This document shows, one piece after another, positions 53,051 through 55,589 of a stretch of DNA of 55,589 bases (the stretch's first letter is position 1; each line of letters begins with the position of its first letter). The stretch spans positions 1 through 55,589 of the forward strand of contig CAZEFH010000005.1 of NCBI GenBank assembly GCA_964511435.1, in the 5' to 3' direction. Both the position numbers and the translations under genes were made by a program. Origin of the DNA: an uncultured Candidatus Saccharibacteria bacterium. GTDB taxonomy: Bacteria; Patescibacteriota; CPR2; UBA1875; CAIMLA01. The notes beneath the pieces are model-generated. The model saw only the letters and a list, made by a program, of their open reading frames with translations, did not search any database and had not been told where the DNA came from.

Positions 53051-53118
53051 GAATATACCCAATAGGGTATTTTTTGTTTCCCCTAAATCGTGTATTATAG
53101 CCTCTAGAAGGAGGAAAT

Positions 53119-53880
53119 ATGGATAAAAAACTGAAAAACCTGCGTTTATATAACGCAATTGTAGGACTAATTCTATTGGTCCAGGGTGTAGTGATGTGGG
53201 CGGTCTCTAACGACGTCACGGCTACCATCACAACCAACTATCTAAAATCTGGCGGGACCATCGCTAGACCAATCTCAACACTTGAAACCTTCGGTGAGTG
53301 GAGACTAGGACCAATCATTGCTTCGTTCTTGCTACTTTCAGGGTTGTTTCTTTTGGGTTCCGCCTTTGTATGGCGCAAAAAATATGAAGAACAAGTTCAG
53401 AAAGGTATGAACCTATTTCGTTGGGCAGAATACTCAATCACATCTTCACTAATGGTGCTGGTCATCGCCATCCTCTGTGGTATTTATGATTTATCAACCC
53501 TCATCCTAATTTTTGCCCTTAATGCCTGCATGATCCTCTTTGGTTGGATGATGGAAGTGCACAATCAAACTACCAAGAAGGTTGATTGGACCAGTTACCT
53601 TTTCGGTTGCTTTGCTGGAGTTATCCCATGGGTAGTTATGGGCCTTTACTTCTTCAACGCTCTAGCTTCGGGTGGTGATGCTGTCCCGGACTTTGTTTAT
53701 GCTATTTTCTGGAGCCTATTCATTGCCTTTAACGTCTTCTCAGTAAACATGATTCTGCAATATGCAAAGATTGGCAAATGGAAAGATTATCTATATGGTG
53801 AATATGCCTATGTAACCTTTTCACTGGTCGCTAAGGCACTACTTGCCTGGCAAGTTTGGGCTGGTATCCTTCGAGGATAA
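53119..53880 (+). CDS. Heliorhodopsin
   Basis: 7 TM; N.FRWAEYS.TSS.M; FGW.ME; YGEYAY..SLVAKALLAW with retinal-binding Lys. Confidence 0.93.
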   Translation: MDKKLKNLRLYNAIVGLILLVQGVVMWAVSNDVTATITTNYLKSGGTIARPISTLETFGEWRLGPIIASFLLLSGLFLLGSAFVWRKKYEEQVQKGMNLFRWAEYSITSSLMVLVIAILCGIYDLSTLILIFALNACMILFGWMMEVHNQTTKKVDWTSYLFGCFAGVIPWVVMGLYFFNALASGGDAVPDFVYAIFWSLFIAFNVFSVNMILQYAKIGKWKDYLYGEYAYVTFSLVAKALLAWQVWAGILRG

Positions 53881-53900
53881 AAGTCTCGCTCAATTTAATA

Positions 53901-53934
53901 TTAAAAAGTCTGCGAATCGCAGACTTTTTAATAT
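53901..53934 (+). terminator. Terminator after heliorhodopsin
   Basis: TATTAAAAAGTCTGCG/CGCAGACTTTTTAATA. Confidence 0.8.
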
Positions 53935-53970
53935 CTACTCATTGGTGCTAAAATAATTGTAGGAGAAATT

Positions 53971-54366
53971 ATGAAAAACGAACTTTTAGACATCTATAAA
54001 TGCTCAATTTGCGGCAATATAGTTGAGGTTGTACACAGCGGAGATGAGTCACTAGTTTGTTGTGGCGATCAGATGGGAAAAATCACTGTTAATGCTGGTC
54101 CTAAAGGTTCAGAAAAACATATTCCAGTGATTACTGTTGACGGTAATACAGTCACGGTTTCAGTTGGCTCTGTGACGCACCCGATGCTTCCGGAGCACTA
54201 CATCGAATGGATTGAGCTAATTTCCGACGATAAGGCTCAGCGAATAACGTTAAACCCCGGGGATGATCCCAAGGTTACATTTGATCTCATTCCAGGAGTC
54301 AAACATTATTATGCTCGGGCATACTGCAACGTTCATGGCCTGTGGCTAAGTGAAAATAATAAATAA
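53971..54366 (+). CDS. dfx: Desulfoferrodoxin (superoxide reductase)
   Basis: YKCSICGN...CCG centre I; EKHIP, HPM..EHYIEWI, CNVHG centre II. Confidence 0.96.
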   Translation: MKNELLDIYKCSICGNIVEVVHSGDESLVCCGDQMGKITVNAGPKGSEKHIPVITVDGNTVTVSVGSVTHPMLPEHYIEWIELISDDKAQRITLNPGDDPKVTFDLIPGVKHYYARAYCNVHGLWLSENNK

Positions 54367-54381
54367 ACAGAAGGAGCGAAA

Positions 54382-54954
54382 ATGCAGAAAACAATTGAAA
54401 ATCTAGCAAAAGCTTTCGCTGGCGAAAGCCAAGCGAGAAACCGCTATACCATTTACGCAAAAGTGGCCCGAGAAGAAGGGTATGAACAGATTGCCAGTAT
54501 CTTTGAAGAGACTGCCAATCAAGAAAAGACCCACGCAAAGATGCTCATGAAACACATCAAAGAGCTCAAGAAAGACAATGAACCTATCTCGATTCCGACA
54601 GAGGTTCCCAACGTTTGGGGCACAACAGTCGATAATCTTCGAGCTGCTATAGAGGGTGAGCACTACGAAACAGCTACTATGTACCCGGATTTTGCCAAGA
54701 CGGCGAGAGAAGAGGGTCTTACCGTGATTGCCAACCGATTGACTGACATTGCTGAAGCCGAAGCTCACCACGAGCAACGCTACACTAAACTACTTGATCT
54801 TGTTTCTAAAGATATGGCTTTCAAGCGCGGAGACAAAGTCTGGTGGTGTTGTCGTGAATGTGGCTATGTTCACGAAGGCACTGAACCACCAAAGGTCTGC
54901 CCAGTCTGCGAACACCCACAAGCTTTCTATCAACTTCTTGTTGAAGAGTACTAA
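54382..54954 (+). CDS. rbr: Rubrerythrin
   Basis: AFAGESQARNRY, E..H pairs, C-terminal CRECG...CPVC. Confidence 0.96.
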   Translation: MQKTIENLAKAFAGESQARNRYTIYAKVAREEGYEQIASIFEETANQEKTHAKMLMKHIKELKKDNEPISIPTEVPNVWGTTVDNLRAAIEGEHYETATMYPDFAKTAREEGLTVIANRLTDIAEAEAHHEQRYTKLLDLVSKDMAFKRGDKVWWCCRECGYVHEGTEPPKVCPVCEHPQAFYQLLVEEY

Positions 54955-54957
54955 ACT

Positions 54958-54987
54958 TAAAAAGTCGCCCTCTAGGCGACTTTTTTT
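54958..54987 (+). terminator. Terminator after rubrerythrin
   Basis: AAAAGTCGCC-ctcta-GGCGACTTTT plus T-run. Confidence 0.85.
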
Positions 54988-55018
54988 ATTGCAAAGTATG
55001 GATTATAATTAGCTTACT

Positions 55019-55498
55019 ATGGAGGGAAACGCAAAAGAATCGGTACTAGTGGCATGGAAGGCTTTGGAATACCCAGAGTATATTCGTGGCACCAAATACT
55101 ATCTTATCGTAGGAATAGTATTCCTTGGCTTGATTGGGTACTCAGTGTATGCACAAGACTGGTTTGGAATCGTAATTCTAGTTATCTTGGCTGGCTCCAT
55201 GTACTGGTACCAGAAAAAGTCACCGGTGGAGCGCACCTACCGCTTTTCACAGCTTGGTCTATACATCGATAATCGATTTTATCCTTACAACGAAATGTTT
55301 TCTTACTGGTTTCTTCTTAATGGTGGCAGCCGAAGTATGAACATTATCTTCCAGAAAAAGTATCTACCACAGCTTACAATTATGCTCGGCGAAATAGACC
55401 CATTGAAGATCCGGGAAACAGTCGGTAAATATATCCCTGAAGAAGGCACTAGAACCGAAAACATCGCCGATCGCATGATGCGCTGGCTACGACTTTAA
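55019..55498 (+). CDS. Conserved 2-TM hypothetical protein (DUF5673-like)
   Basis: W.A.EY, two TMs, GLYID...YPY..FSYW. Confidence 0.8.
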   Translation: MEGNAKESVLVAWKALEYPEYIRGTKYYLIVGIVFLGLIGYSVYAQDWFGIVILVILAGSMYWYQKKSPVERTYRFSQLGLYIDNRFYPYNEMFSYWFLLNGGSRSMNIIFQKKYLPQLTIMLGEIDPLKIRETVGKYIPEEGTRTENIADRMMRWLRL

Positions 55499-55534
55499 TA
55501 ATAAAAAATGAGGCAGCTTGCCTCTTTTTTTATT

Positions 55535-55589
55535 TGGCGGAGAGGGAGGGATTCGAACCCTCGATACCTTGCGGTATGACGGTGTTCGA
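55535..55589 (-). tRNA. tRNA-Ser (CGA), 5' part beyond window
   Basis: Reverse complement TCGAAC-ACCGT...variable arm...GGTTCGAATCCCTCCCTCTCCGCCA. Confidence 0.9.

Noticed and set aside
53053-53072. ATATAC-N7-GGTATT resembling the candidate LexA box
   Set aside because: It is the tRNA terminator hairpin (ATACCC/GGGTAT) and the second half-site does not match.
52865-55589. All four tRNA-Ser isoacceptors in one window
   Set aside because: Normal cloverleafs in ordinary contexts; no sign of recoding, since TGA is used as a stop throughout.
1-55589. CRISPR arrays, IS elements, prophage genes, inteins, programmed frameshifts
   Set aside because: No periodic repeats, transposase/integrase motifs, oversized core proteins or split core ORFs seen.

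Overview
Chromosomal housekeeping window from a reduced-genome bacterium, most consistent with a CPR/Patescibacteria lineage (inference from gene content and protein style; genetic code 11; hand-counted core-gene lines are about 40-42% GC). Core genes include efp, rpsF-ssb-rpsR, pgm, trpS, cupin-type pgi, dnaG-rpoD-polA, lexA-recA-recX, rpsT, holA, mutM, ftsK, rnj, udg, xth, pnp-rpsO-truB, a DHH phosphoesterase, femAB-murE-tsaD and valS. All four tRNA-Ser isoacceptors are present, plus a heliorhodopsin next to superoxide reductase and rubrerythrin, and two perfect parS sites. No CRISPR array, transposase or integrase was seen. Best leads: (1) a T-box riboswitch on valS with the ultrashort Stem I known from actinobacterial ileS, but with a Val (GUC) specifier and a transcription-terminator output; (2) a ~130-nt structured element present twice (2650-2780, 45909-46047) with compensatory base changes and a possible pseudoknot; (3) GC-rich micro-islands of small orphan genes (sampled lines 62-67% GC) with strong Shine-Dalgarno sites, one an AbrB-led operon ending in thioredoxin, in a genome where many core genes look leaderless; (4) a candidate new LexA box; (5) a 22-aa hydrophobic peptide gene with a perfect consensus promoter; (6) a heliorhodopsin with both conserved histidines replaced by Leu. 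All structures and alignments were done by eye; nothing was database-checked.
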